This document shows, in pieces, positions 47,173 through 58,804 of a stretch of 64,000 nucleotides of DNA. Within the stretch, counting starts at the first letter, position 1. Every line of letters starts with the position of its first letter. Both the position numbers and the translations under genes were made by a program. The notes beneath the pieces were generated by a model. It was not told the origin of the DNA and ran no database searches. It was given only the letters and a program-made list of their open reading frames with translations. The stretch is from assembly GCA_024710565.1 (NCBI GenBank), contig JANJUN010000023.1, positions 12,909-76,908 of the forward strand, in the 5' to 3' direction. This DNA comes from Candidatus Altimarinota bacterium. GTDB lineage: Bacteria; Patescibacteriota; Gracilibacteria; BD1-5; UBA6164.

Positions 47173-48147
47173 TTAAACTCATTCTGCTATAGACTCAGAA
47201 GTATCGGCATGTGTAGTATCTTTTTGCATAATACTATAATAGGTACTCACTAGTAACATCTCAAATAATCCGTTCATAGTCAAAAATATGATAAGAGAAA
47301 AAAGAGCTTCTACCAAAGGATATTCCATCGCCTCTATATATTTCCCTATATAATCAACTGGAAAAACAATACAAATAGAAAATACAAGTGCTACGAGGAA
47401 AAAGAAAAATACTTTTACTCCCGAAGTAATTTTAAATGATTCTTTTACATAAAAAAGTGCTGATTTTCTTTCTGGGTAGTTTTTTTCATCTAACATAATG
47501 ATATATGAATAATTCATTCTATATGCCAAATACAAAAATATCAAAAATCCAACTATAACTACAGATAAAACCGCTAAAGAAAGTGCGCTTACACTTTCTG
47601 ATTGTGTTGCTATAACATAAGCCTCCTCAATCCCTCAATAGAAAAAAATAATGGCAAGAAAAATTCATACGATGAGAAAAAATAAAGCCAGAAACACCAC
47701 TCCTATCCACGAAAAAATTCAGATCGTCTTTGATATTTTCAAAAAAGAAAAATAATGATTTTTAAAAAACCCCGTTGGTGTACCTGCTTTGTAATCCAAA
47801 TTTAATTTTGCCATGAGCACCAATTTATAACTACTTCAAAATCAAAACGCCAATACTCACAATACAAGAAGAAGTACTTCAAATATAACATAAAAAAGAT
47901 GTGAACTGATGGCTGTTAAAAAAGAGAGCCCTATGGTTTGTGTAGCATAATACGTAGAAAAAATATCCTGCCAATCGATAGGATCAATGAAAAGTAGGAG
48001 GAAAAGTAATCCTCAAAACGGAAGAGCAAAAAGAAGTCATAAAAGGAAACTAAAGAGAGAAATTAAAATCTTTGAAATATTCCAATGAAGAAAGTGTCTG
48101 TATAACAAAGAAAAGTCAGAAAATAACACAAGAAAAATTTGTTTCAT
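47173..48147 (-). CDS. Multi-pass membrane protein (mirror copy)
   Basis: Mirror of 4424..5398. Confidence 0.55.
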
Positions 48148-48327
48148 AAAAAGCAAGTAACGAAAAATAAAATATATTTTGAAATATAATATTTTTTCTC
48201 CATAAATCAAATTTTAAATCAATAAGAAGTTGCAATAATAAAAAATTACATAAAATAAAAAAAGAACTGGAAAACACATTCCATTCAATACCCACATTAT
48301 AAAATTCTATTTTTTCTAAAATCCCCT

Positions 48328-49797
48328 ATGAAAAAACATGAAATTATTTTTTCACTTTTAAAATTACCTCTGGATTTTCTTATCATCTTTTTGAGCTTTT
48401 TTATAGCGAGAGATCTCAGAGAAATAAACGACTTTGTCCCATGAGTACAACTCCCTATACAAATTATTCATAATGAATACCTTCTCAAATTTGCGATTTT
48501 TGGAGCCTTTTTATACTTGATTATTTTTTCTATTCACGGACTATATTCTCTCAAAATAACAGCATCAAAATTAAAGGAAACTTTTGATATATTGTTATAC
48601 AGTATTTACTTTTTTTTATTTTTCTCTGTATTTGTTTATTTTGGAAAATGAGTTTTTTATAATGTAGAAATTCCAAGACTCGTTATTTTATTTACCACTC
48701 TTATTGGTGTTTTTTGAATTATTACAGAAAGAATTATTCTCAATAAAATACAAAATTTTCTTTTGGATAGCTGATATATTCCAAAAAGAAATATACTGAT
48801 AGTAACCTCTCAGTGAGAAAAAAATATACACCATATTTTAGATGATATTCAAGAAGCCCATATTTATAACATCATCTGATACATCAATAAAGCAAAAACA
48901 AATGCAAAACTTCCCTATTTATGAAACGCACAACATATATGAGATATTTTAGAAAAAAATCCTATTGATGAAATTCTCTATATTGATAGTGATTTTAATA
49001 GTGATGAACTCTACCAAATTTGGGATTTTTCGAGAATATACGGAATACGCTATAGATATATTACCAATAGTTTTGATGTTACTAAAAGCAATACTACCGT
49101 GTCCCTCTTAAATAAAATTCCAGTAGTAGAAATAAAAAATACCGCCCTTTGAGCTTGGTGAAGAGTTCTAAAAAGGTGAATTGATCTCATCGGAAGTATC
49201 ATCTGAATTATTATTTCCCTTCCTCTATTTATCATAGTAGGAATACTGATTAAATGGGAAGATCCCGATGGACCTATCATTTATAAAAATCTCAGAGTCG
49301 GACAGACCGGAAAAAAATTCAATCTCTATAAATTCAGATACCTCAAATGGAAATATTGTATCAAAGAAAGTTATGGAGTCGATAATAACAAAGACGAAGC
49401 TCTTGCTTTTGAAAAAAAACTTATAGCCGAAAAATCATCCAGACATGGTCCACTCTATAAGATAAAAGATGATCCAAGAAAAACAAAAATTTGAAACTTT
49501 ATTGAAAAATACTCTATTGATGAACTACCACAGCTTTTCAACGTTTTTTTATGAAATATGAGTCTCGTTTGACCAAGACCACATCAACCAAGAGAAGTTC
49601 AAAATTATCTTCTTCATCAAAAAAGAGTACTTACGATTAAACCTGGAATTACAGGACTCGCTCAAGTAAACGGAAGAGAAAAAAATACATTTGAAGACGA
49701 AGTAAATCTCGATGTATTCTATATAGAAAACTGGAGTTTTCTCTTAGATGTAAAAATTTTTTTAAAAACCTTTTGAATAATTCTTAATAGAAAATAA
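48328..49797 (+). CDS. Polyprenyl-phosphate sugar phosphotransferase, WbaP-like (mirror copy)
   Basis: Mirror of 2774..4243; translated codon by codon on this strand. TAA at 49795..49797. Confidence 0.85.
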
Positions 49798-49798
49798 T

Positions 49799-51364
49799 AT
49801 GAAAAAATTACTTCTTTGCATTCTTTTAATATCGCTCACACTCAACAGCTTTGCAAGTGGAAATATTCAAGAATCCTATGAAAATTCTTCCCTAGAAACA
49901 TCTTTTGATATATCTGAGGAAATAAATAAGCTTATTTCCAAAGAGATCAATATCAACAATGAATATGTTATTGACATCTCAAATATTAAAGAAAAACTTG
50001 AAAATCTCTACTGAGAAAAATCTTTCATTTTTGAATGGAATTTGAAATGAGCTTCTACTCAAAATGGTCCTGTATTTATGAGGGTTTTTAGTGAAAAATG
50101 AGAAAAAGAACTCGAACTGAATATTTTTGAAACGACTAAAAGCGAAGATGAAGCAAGTGAACAAAAGATACTGTTTCATAATACCTATAATATTTTAGTC
50201 TATGAAAAATCATTTCTTCTGATTTACTCTGATGAAATTCTTTCGAGTGATATCAATAACTACATTGAATTTTCTAAAAAAGATGGAGTGTATGTAAACA
50301 CTATTTGACCTCTCAATAAAACAGATATTGAAATTTCCAGCATTGTGAATAATATAAAGGATTACAAACAAACGCTCTGATTTAAATCAGATTTTATCAT
50401 CGTTTGGGGTTCAAGAGATTTTGTATTTAATATTCTCTCCAATATCAATAAAGACCTTACCAGTAACAATTCCTGAGAAACCTATAATATCGTCTGACTC
50501 TCTTCTTACAATCTCAATATCTTATGAAGCTATTTAAAAAACTTTTTAGCAAATAAAGTTTGGCTTGATAAAATCATATTACTGTGAGAAAATTCTAAAT
50601 ACTTAATTTTGAAACAAAATCAGATTTGAGATCTTATTACAGAACTCGAGGCGAATAAACAAAGTTTTCTCAATATCGATCTTACTCAAAATGATGTAAA
50701 AAATATCTTTTTCTTATCAAAATTTATCAATAATCTTTCCAATGTTTGATACTCAACCAACAGTATTTATATTTTTTTACTCATTCCGATCGTACTAACT
50801 ATCATCATTATTTTTAAACACTTTATCGGACTTTCTCCGATAGGAATAGTGATTCCTTTATTTATTACGTTACTATTTTTTAAATTAGGACTGGTATTTT
50901 GATGAAGTTTAATTTTATTATATGTTTGTCTCAACTTAGTTCTTTCTCTCATCACTGAAAGATACAATCTCTTATACGCACCAAGAATGGCATTTCTGCT
51001 TTCTATAAATATCATATTTTTTATTGGAATTATCAATATTCTGTATTCGCTCAATCTCATCACTCTCAATATGTGAGATGTTCTTTACTTTATCGTTTTT
51101 ATTCTCTTAAGCGAAAAAATGATTACCATCATTACTTCGAAAGATTTATGAGAATACAAGGAAAGCTTTTTTTATACTCTTTTGATTCCTATATTTGCCT
51201 TCTGAATTTTCAATATCACGGCAATAAAAGTTTTCTTACTTTCTTATCCTGAAATTCTGCTTTGACTCATCCCAATCAATTTTCTTATAGGTAAATTTAG
51301 CGGACTCAGGATCACAGAATATTTTAGATTTAAAGAAATCATTAAAAGCGTAGAAGAAGAATAA
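49799..51364 (+). CDS. Signal-peptide protein with C-terminal 7TM-like domain (mirror copy)
   Basis: Mirror of 1207..2772; translated codon by codon on this strand. TAA at 51362..51364. It starts 1 nt after the sugar-transferase stop. Confidence 0.6.
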
Positions 51365-51407
51365 TTTCATAAAACCCCAAACTATTTTTGTTTGGGGTTT
51401 TATTTTT

Positions 51408-52934
51408 TTAGTATAATTGGAAAAATAAATATATGCTTAAAAGAAACAAAATACTACTGGAAAAAAGTCATGAATATTCAGAAAATAATTTTATTTTTTC
51501 AAAAATTTTTCTTCTTAAGAAAAAACTAAAAATTAAAATACTCAAAAGACACAAGAATATTCCTATTCATAAAGCTAAAATCATAGGAATAATGAGTCTC
51601 AAATTTCCAGTAGAAAAAAGTAATAAGAAGATACTCCATCAAAATGTACACGGAGCCAATCCAGCAATAAATCAAACTAAAAGAGTTCCTTTGATATCTT
51701 TTTTATTCTCACACGCAGAACCAATTCAAACCGATGGATTTTTTATCATTTTATATGATTTCCTCATCAAATAGATACTGAAAAATAAAAGTATCAGAAG
51801 TGAAAATCTCTGAATATAAAGCATATAATTTGATACATCATAAAAATTAAAAATGACTTTAGTAAGCAAAAATAACACTATAATATCAAGAAGATGCGTC
51901 ACAGTAAAGATCATAGCATACAATAATCCATCAAAAAAACTTTTATTTTTATCTAAAATATAGGAAATAAGTAAACTTTTTGAATGCCCCGGCCCAAGAG
52001 CATGAATATATCAAAGTCCGATAACCACGAGTAAAATATACCAAAGATTTTCAGAAGAAACCTGATTGATATAATTGGATATTTTTTTCATAGTAACAAC
52101 AAAGTATTCATTTCAAAATCCAGAGGTAAGAAGTCCCGTATCTTTTGAAACTTTTGTCGAAAGTGAAATCTTTGTATCACAATATTGTTTTGTCTTTATA
52201 TTTTCTTGTGCTTTTTTTACTATATCATTTGGCATTTGTGTCCTTGGTTCTTGATTGGGTCAATAATTGTTATCCAAAGGATTCCATGAATTAAAAATTT
52301 CTTCATAATCTGTATAAAAATCCCCATCTGTATCAAGAGAAAATACATCAGTTTTATGGATTGCTTCCTGCTCATCTGAAATCTCATCCCCATCACTATC
52401 TATGACACATTGAAACTTCTTGTCATATAAATCAAATGGGTAGTTTTGAATTTTTGAAGTTAATACTACGCTATCAAAAGGAGTCGAAGCCTGAGTATTG
52501 AGATTATAAAAAGTCATTTGATTGGTTTGAAGAGGAAAGTTATCAAAAAAACTCACGATTATCTCTCACTCAGAAATCTCTTTTTCGCACTCAAAACTAT
52601 AGTTTATCTCAATTCCTGTTGATAAAATCTGATACTCTTCTAATTCCAATATTTCAAATTTTCCCATATTACAAGAATTTTGGGGAATATCGATCTGTAT
52701 ATTTTTGCGTACGTATTCTTGTATAATATCTTTATGATCATAATATTCATACACCGACTTAAAGGCAATATTTTTTGAATTGAGTAAATATTCTATCTCA
52801 TAAGAGTGAAAATACGTAGTTACATTTAAAAAATTTTTATGAAAGCTCAAAAAACTCGAAGAAATATCAAGAGGATGTGCAAAAGTTGCCTGAGTAAAAA
52901 AAAACAAAAGAAATAATAAAAAGATTTTTTTCAT
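51408..52934 (-). CDS. NicO/RcnA-like metal transporter fused to an N-terminal secreted domain with acidic Ca-binding-type repeats (complete copy, 508 aa)
   Basis: The ATG at 52934 and signal peptide MKKIFLLFLLFFFTQATFA lie outside the repeat. The ORF runs through the TGA at 52566..52568 into the repeated region. Motifs are as for 1..1163. Confidence 0.7.
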
Positions 52935-53049
52935 ACCTATGAGTAAATAATATTTAAAAATGATTATATAAACAATAGGAAAAAAGAAAAATTTGTTTTT
53001 TACGAAAAACTCTTAATATGGTACAAAATTATATTTTAACTCCTGAAAA

Positions 53050-53709
53050 ATGCTTTATATCGTTGCAACCCCTATTTGAAATCTTGAAGATATGACTCTG
53101 AGAGCTATCAGAATTCTCTCAGAAGTGGATAGTATTGCTTGTGAAGATACAAGAACCTCTGCAACGCTCCTCAATCATTATAATATAAAAAAACCGCTTA
53201 TCAGTTTTCATTCGCACTCAGGAGTAATGAAAACTCAAAAAATCATTGAAGATCTCAAAAGTGGAAAAAATATCGCACTTATTTCTGATGCGGGAACTCC
53301 TGGGATTTCTGATCCAGGATATGCACTCATCAAAGAAGCTCTTGAAAATGATATAGAAGTGACTCCTATTCCGTGAGTGACTGCTTGTATTACAGCGCTC
53401 AGTGCAAGTTGACTCCCATCAAATCACTTTTTATACTTATGATTTCTTCCTATAAAAAAAGGAAGACAAACGATGCTCAAAAAACTTCAAAACAAAGAAG
53501 AAACGGTAGTAATTTATGAATCTGTTCATAGAATACTCAAAACCTTAGAAGATTTTATACAATATTTTTGAGAAGATACTCCAATAGTCGTAGGAAGAGA
53601 ACTCACCAAAAAATTTGAAGAATTTAAGAGGGGTACTATAAAAGAAGTATTTGATTATTTTTCTCAAAATAAAGAAAAAGTAAAAGGTGAATTTGTAATC
53701 ATTTTTTAA
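53050..53709 (+). CDS. rsmI: 16S rRNA (cytidine1402-2'-O)-methyltransferase RsmI
   Basis: MLYIVATPIGNLEDMTLRAIRIL...IACEDTR ... ISDAGTPGISDPG ... IPGVTACITALSASGLP ... LGFLP ... YESVHR. The Gly of TPIGN is TGA at 53077..53079. 219 aa. Confidence 0.9.
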
Positions 53710-53710
53710 T

Positions 53711-54016
53711 ATGCAACTTGGAAATATAAAAGATTTACTTTTAAAATCGCTCGGGAAAACCTGAAAACAAAATCAAGTTCTTTCCTCTATTATTTATAAA
53801 AGTATTATACATGATTTTTTGGAATTAAAAAAAATAGATATAAGTTCTTACATTATATCTATTCAACTTCGTGAAAATATTATTATTTTAAAGACAAACA
53901 AGCCAATTTTAAATTCAGAAATCAAACATATAGAAAAGTTTTTAATTCAAAATATTGATCAAAAATTACAAAAAATTTGAATACACTTGAAGCAAATAGA
54001 GCTCGTTGTAAAATAA
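53711..54016 (+). CDS. Small protein, possibly DUF721/DciA-like (101 aa)
   Basis: ORF begins 1 nt after the rsmI stop. MQLGNIKDLLLKSLGKTGKQNQ ... IIILKTNKPILNSEIKHIEKFL. The family guess is weak. Confidence 0.4.
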
Positions 54017-54018
54017 TC

Positions 54019-54222
54019 TTATTTGAGTTCTTCAAAAAGAACTCTATACATTTTTCCATCGATAACAACGGTATTAGAGGACGTGGTATTATATTCTAAA
54101 ATATTTGATTTGTAACTCGCTCCTGTATTTGATAAAAATCAGGCCAAAAAAATCATTACGCCTATAAGTCCAACTACTAGGGTTGAATCTTCTATTTTTT
54201 TATCAAAAAACTCATAATACAT
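54019..54222 (-). CDS. Small membrane-anchored protein (67 aa)
   Basis: ORF MYYEFFDKKIEDSTLVVGLIGVMIFLAGFL..., checked codon by codon. Confidence 0.35.
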
Positions 54223-54313
54223 TTTTATAATTCCTCTCTTCATTGGCAAAAAAGTATGATATAAGATATTGCTATCATTAAATCATACTTTGAAATAAAT
54301 TGCAAATGTTTTT

Positions 54314-56416
54314 CTATCACTGGTACTTCCATGTCATGTTTGTTCCCTCTGAAATTTCTTGAATCATTTCTATAGAAAATGTTTTATTTTGGATCATATC
54401 CCTATAATTTGCTAATAGCATCAATGTTTCTTGAGGGAGTTGAGAAAAACCTTCAAAATTCTCAACGAGCAAATATGCTAACTTTGTCTGAGATTGATTA
54501 AATTCTATTTGAACTTCAGGTGGTACTACATTTTTTTGTAATTCTATGAGCTTTTGAAAAGACGTAGAAAGTTTTCACAATGCTTCTGAATGTTTTTGGA
54601 AAGCTTCTTTCAGTTTTTTTAATTCCTCTGTATTCGTTTGAAATTCTTTTATTTTTGATATGTACCAAACTAATCCTTCTTGGAGTTTTTTTTGTTCCTC
54701 TTGAGTAATCGGTTGTTTTTCTGCCTGCTTTCTTTTTATTTTAATAATATCACGAATCATTGGATCTTCTTTAATTTGAAGATTTTTTTGTTCAAGATTT
54801 TCTATAAACTGAGTAATATTTTGTGAACTTTGAGTGAGTCATTGTATTTGATTGGAAATTTTTTCTGATTCATTTTTATATTCCTTTGGTTTGATAATAA
54901 AAATGATATTTCCCGACTCTTTGAGTGAAACTAAAGATTGAATAGCTGTTTTATAAGTACAAATAATAATGCTATTAGTTACATTTTCTATTTCAATATT
55001 TTCTCCTATCACAATGGAAGATCTTAAAGACTGTAATTGAATATTTTTTCCAATTACTATAGACGATTCTACTGATACAGCATGAATATTTCCTTGTTGA
55101 GATTGAAGTATCGCATTGGAAAGGACCTTTCACTCAATAGTAATATTTCACTTTTGAGAAACTACTTGCCCGTTTTGTGAAATTTCTCAAAATTTTATAT
55201 ACTGTTTTCCAGAAGATCAAAAAATATTTCATGTAATATCTACATTATTTTCAACATAAATACTCCCATTTACATCACCTATACATTTTACATTCTCAGC
55301 TTTTACCCAATAATCATGTATTACCTCTCAGTGAATAGACACATCTCCACTAGCATGTATATTTCCTGTTTTGGGTCCTATCGTTCATAGTTGTATATCT
55401 CTTGTTACGGCAACTGGTGACTTCATTTGATTGATGTCAACCTTTACTTTTTTCCCCTCTTTTTCGCCATGGCTCTTACTGTCATAGTGTCAAATAATAG
55501 GCTGTACATATCCTGGTTGAGATGAAACAAGATATTGAATATCATTTTCCTGTATCACGGAAGTTCCTTCTCCACACCATTTATACATATCAAAATCTAT
55601 TGGATCGGTAGGAAGTAACTGATCTCAGGCAATATTCATTCCAATTTTTCCTTCTTTGAGTGGTATTTTTTGATACATTTTTTTTCCAGCAGGAACCTGT
55701 GGGAATACTCTGGCATAATTTTTCCAATCCAATTTTCCATTTGTTGTTTGAATTTGAAGATCCTGTCAAAGTGGAATAATGGTTTCTAAATAAGCATCTA
55801 CTCATGGAATTGGTTGGAGTGCTTCTGCAATAACAACCTTTTTTTCTTTTGCTCAAGATATTGCTTCCTGTATGAGCGAAATTTGTAATCCATAACGAAT
55901 TCCATGTAACCACATTCTTGCTATAAACTCATCTACATTTAAAAAAATATTAACTTCTTTTGTCTTTCCATTTTCATCAGTAATTTCATCAAATAATGGA
56001 CTAAATGTATATTCTGCTTGATCTTTGTCTCTTCAAAAAATCATTGGTTTGTGATATTTTGAAACTCTTTCTGGTGGAAATAAAGAAATTTTATCACACA
56101 ATTTTACTTGATAACTTGACGGATCTGATTTTGATTTTACATCAGACGGATTAAAAACGAGCTGTGAAAAAAGAGTATAATCTAATCACTCAAAATAATA
56201 ATTATTCTTAAAGATACTATCTACATATCACATAAATCTTTGCCTCGTAAGAGATGAGACATCAAGAAATACCCCATCTTCTTTTATCTGTACCAGAGTG
56301 TCGTATCATCCTACTCTCAATAAATTTTGAACTTGTTGTGAAGTATCTGGAGTTCATAGAGAATCATTAGGCGTTTCTATTTCTTCATCATGTCAGGTCA
56401 AAATATTAAGTGCCAT
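54314..56416 (-). pseudogene. FapA/DUF342-family protein, reading frame disrupted: in-frame TAG at 55349..55351 and a 60-nt segment (55321..55380) that encodes the conserved motif only in a shifted frame
   Basis: The frame set by the ATG at 56416 is open to 55352 and again from 55348 to the TAG at 54314..54316. The conserved beta-helix segment IGPKTGNIHASGDVSIHGEV is read only in the neighbouring frame. The flanks (VAVTRDIQLGT and IHDYWVKAENVKCIGDVNGSIYVENNVDITGNIFG) are in the main frame. A C-terminal coiled coil is present. All frames were checked triplet by triplet. Confidence 0.65.
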
Positions 56417-56523
56417 AAAAAAAAGATAAAATATTAAATCTACTTTATCTTATCATATTTTTTTATAAAAAACAAATTTAGCAATTTCCCTAAAAAATAA
56501 TAGAAACAAATTTCCCCAAATAT

Positions 56524-57126
56524 TTACCATCTTTTAAAACTTGGACACGCCTGAGTGATATCAATAATAGCAAATCCAGGATGTAAAATTGCCTCTTTTA
56601 TGATTTCTTTGAGTTCAGCAAATTTTGAACTATCTGCCCTTTTTGCAAAACCACATCCTGCATCGATAGCGAGTTGTATTGGGTCAAAAGGAAGGTTAGT
56701 ATTTCCATCAGGAGTCGTTTTGGTTTTTGCTCCTAAAGGAGTAGTTGGTGATGCTTGACCAGTAGTAAGTGCATAATTCTCATTATTAAAAACTAAATAC
56801 GTCATATTTATATTTCTCTTACAACTATGAATAAAGTGCCCCATTCCTATTCCATATCCATCACCATCTCATCACATAACAACAACAGTGAGTTCAGGTT
56901 TTGCTAACTTTACTCAAGTCGCAAATGGAAGTGCTCTTCCATGAAGTGTTTCAGCCGCATATCAATCAACATATTGACTTGCTTTTCCTGAACATCAAAC
57001 TCCAGAAACTACCACTCTTTTATGTGAAGGAATTTCTAATTCTTTAAAAGCATTTTTGAGTGCCATGATGATGAGTGTATCTCAACACCCAGGACACCAT
57101 TGTATATTTGTTAATCACGTTCTCAT
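56524..57126 (-). CDS. 2-oxoacid:ferredoxin oxidoreductase, beta (TPP-binding) subunit
   Basis: 200-aa ORF verified codon by codon. Motifs: WCPGCGD (the last Gly is TGA at 57082..57084), GVGCSGK, VVMGGDGDGYGIG, NNENYALTTGQ. Confidence 0.88.
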
Positions 57127-57128
57127 AT

Positions 57129-58799
57129 TTATTTTCAAATTAAGGTATTAAAATCCTCTATATAAAATGGGAAAAGATCATATTTTCTCAAGTTTGAAAT
57201 CTTTAATCATGGTATAAATCTCAGTCCAAATTGCCCACAAATATAATTTTCGAGCTGTCCAGAATAATTATTTTCTACAAAAATTATCTCCTGTTTATCC
57301 TTGAGTACATCGTACAATCTCTCATCAAGAGGTTTTAAAAATGTAATCACCACCATTCCATATTCTGAATTATCTTGAATAAATTCTTTTGCAGTATAAC
57401 TCGTAGCTGAAAAAACGATAAGCATTTTTTTCGCATTTCAATTGAAAACTTCAAATCAAGAAATTCCCTCTTTTTGAAAAAAATATTCTAATTTTTTCCA
57501 TCTTTTTTCGGTCATCAATTTTTTATTTTCAGAATCTTCTGAGGTAGCTCAAAATTCATCATGTTCATAACTCGATGCTATAAAATCACCATTTGGAGTA
57601 CCAACAGATACTTTTGGTGAAATACCACTTGAAGTCAATGCATATCTTTTATAATCATTTGGTGGATTTTCTAAAACATCTCCTCTTCTTACCTCTATAC
57701 TCGGACGTTCCCCTATTGTTCCTGATAATTCTGAGAGTTGTTTGTCTAAAAGTAAAATAACTATAGTTTGATAGGTATCAGCGAGATTAAGCGCTAATCC
57801 TGAAAAATAATATGCTTCTTCTAAAGAACTTGGAGTTAAAACTATATGGTCAAAATCTCCAAATGTTGGATTGAGCGCAAAATTGATATCTCCAGTTTCG
57901 TGATATGTTGGTGTTCCAGTACTCGGTCACGCTCTTTGAGAAAGAGCTACTACGATCCCTATTTCTGCTTGAATAGCAAAACTCAGAGCCTCACTCATCA
58001 GTGCAAATCCTCATCCAGAAGTTCCTACCATAGACCTTGCTCCAGTAAAAGAAGCTCAAAGTGCAGAGTTAATAACGGCAATTTCATCTTCAGCCTGAAG
58101 ATATGTTACTTTTTTAGAAGCAATAATTTCTGTTAAAATAGTAGACGCTGGAGTCATCGGGTAGGCAGAATAATATTCTAATGCCGCATCGATTGCACCA
58201 GAAGCAACCATCTTATTTCCATAACTTACTTCTCTCCTCTCTGCTATTTTTCAGATCTTATCGAGTGATTTTTCAAATGAAAGATTTTTATATGCATTTT
58301 GAAAGATTTTAATATTTGCTTCGATAGTAGCCGTTCCTTTACGAGCAAATATTTCAGATAAACATATTTCTATAACTGAAGTATCTATATCAAAATAATA
58401 CGCAAATAAAGCGAGTAAATAGGTATTATCGTAGGCATCATTGATTTCAAACGATAGTATCTGTATATTTTTTTCTTCTATAATATTTTTTATATCAGGC
58501 GTGAGTGTTGTTTCAATTTTTTTATTACAAAAAATAACTCCCCCCTTTTTAAGAGCGGAAATATTTTTTTCTAACGATTCACGATTAAAGGCAAAAATAA
58601 CATCACATGTTTGAGTTAAAAATACCCTCTTATCAGAAATAAAAATATCAAAATAATTTACTCATCATTTAATTCTTGATTCGTATTCTATATCAGTAAT
58701 AATATAATATCCCAGATATGCAAAAATATTAGTAATAATATCCGCAGTAGAATTGATACCAAGTCCTGCAGGTCAGGTTACTCTTATATTTAAAAACAT
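57129..58799 (-). CDS. 2-oxoacid:ferredoxin oxidoreductase, alpha subunit with N-terminal gamma-domain fusion
   Basis: 556-aa ORF verified codon by codon. The gamma-like N-terminus is VTGPAGLGINSTADII. The alpha core is GNKMVASGAIDAALEYYSAYPMTPAS ... [34 protein letters not shown]. Its stop lies 2 nt before the beta-subunit ATG. Confidence 0.85.
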
Positions 58800-58804
58800 A
58801 TTTT

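Larger units (their letters stand above)
26286..52570. repeat. Right arm of the inverted duplication; this arm is contiguous with unique sequence from 52571 onward
   Basis: Mirror of 1..26285. The NicO-like gene that is cut by the window start in the left arm is complete here (ATG at 52934) and is followed by non-repeated sequence. Confidence 0.97.

Noticed and set aside
1-52570. The inverted repeat as a chloroplast-like or rRNA-operon-like large inverted repeat, or as the ends of a composite transposon or prophage.
   Set aside because: There is no single-copy spacer between the arms. The content is ordinary housekeeping genes. I recognised no transposase, integrase, recombinase or phage genes. 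The arms are identical at every position I compared.
55590-55913. A 107-codon stop-free ORF (MVTWNSLWITNF...) inside the FapA region as the real gene.
   Set aside because: Its sequence is Cys/Trp/Ser/Arg-rich and matches nothing. The overlapping frame gives family-typical FapA sequence (WLHGIRYGLQISLIQEAI...VIAEALQPIPGVDAYLE).
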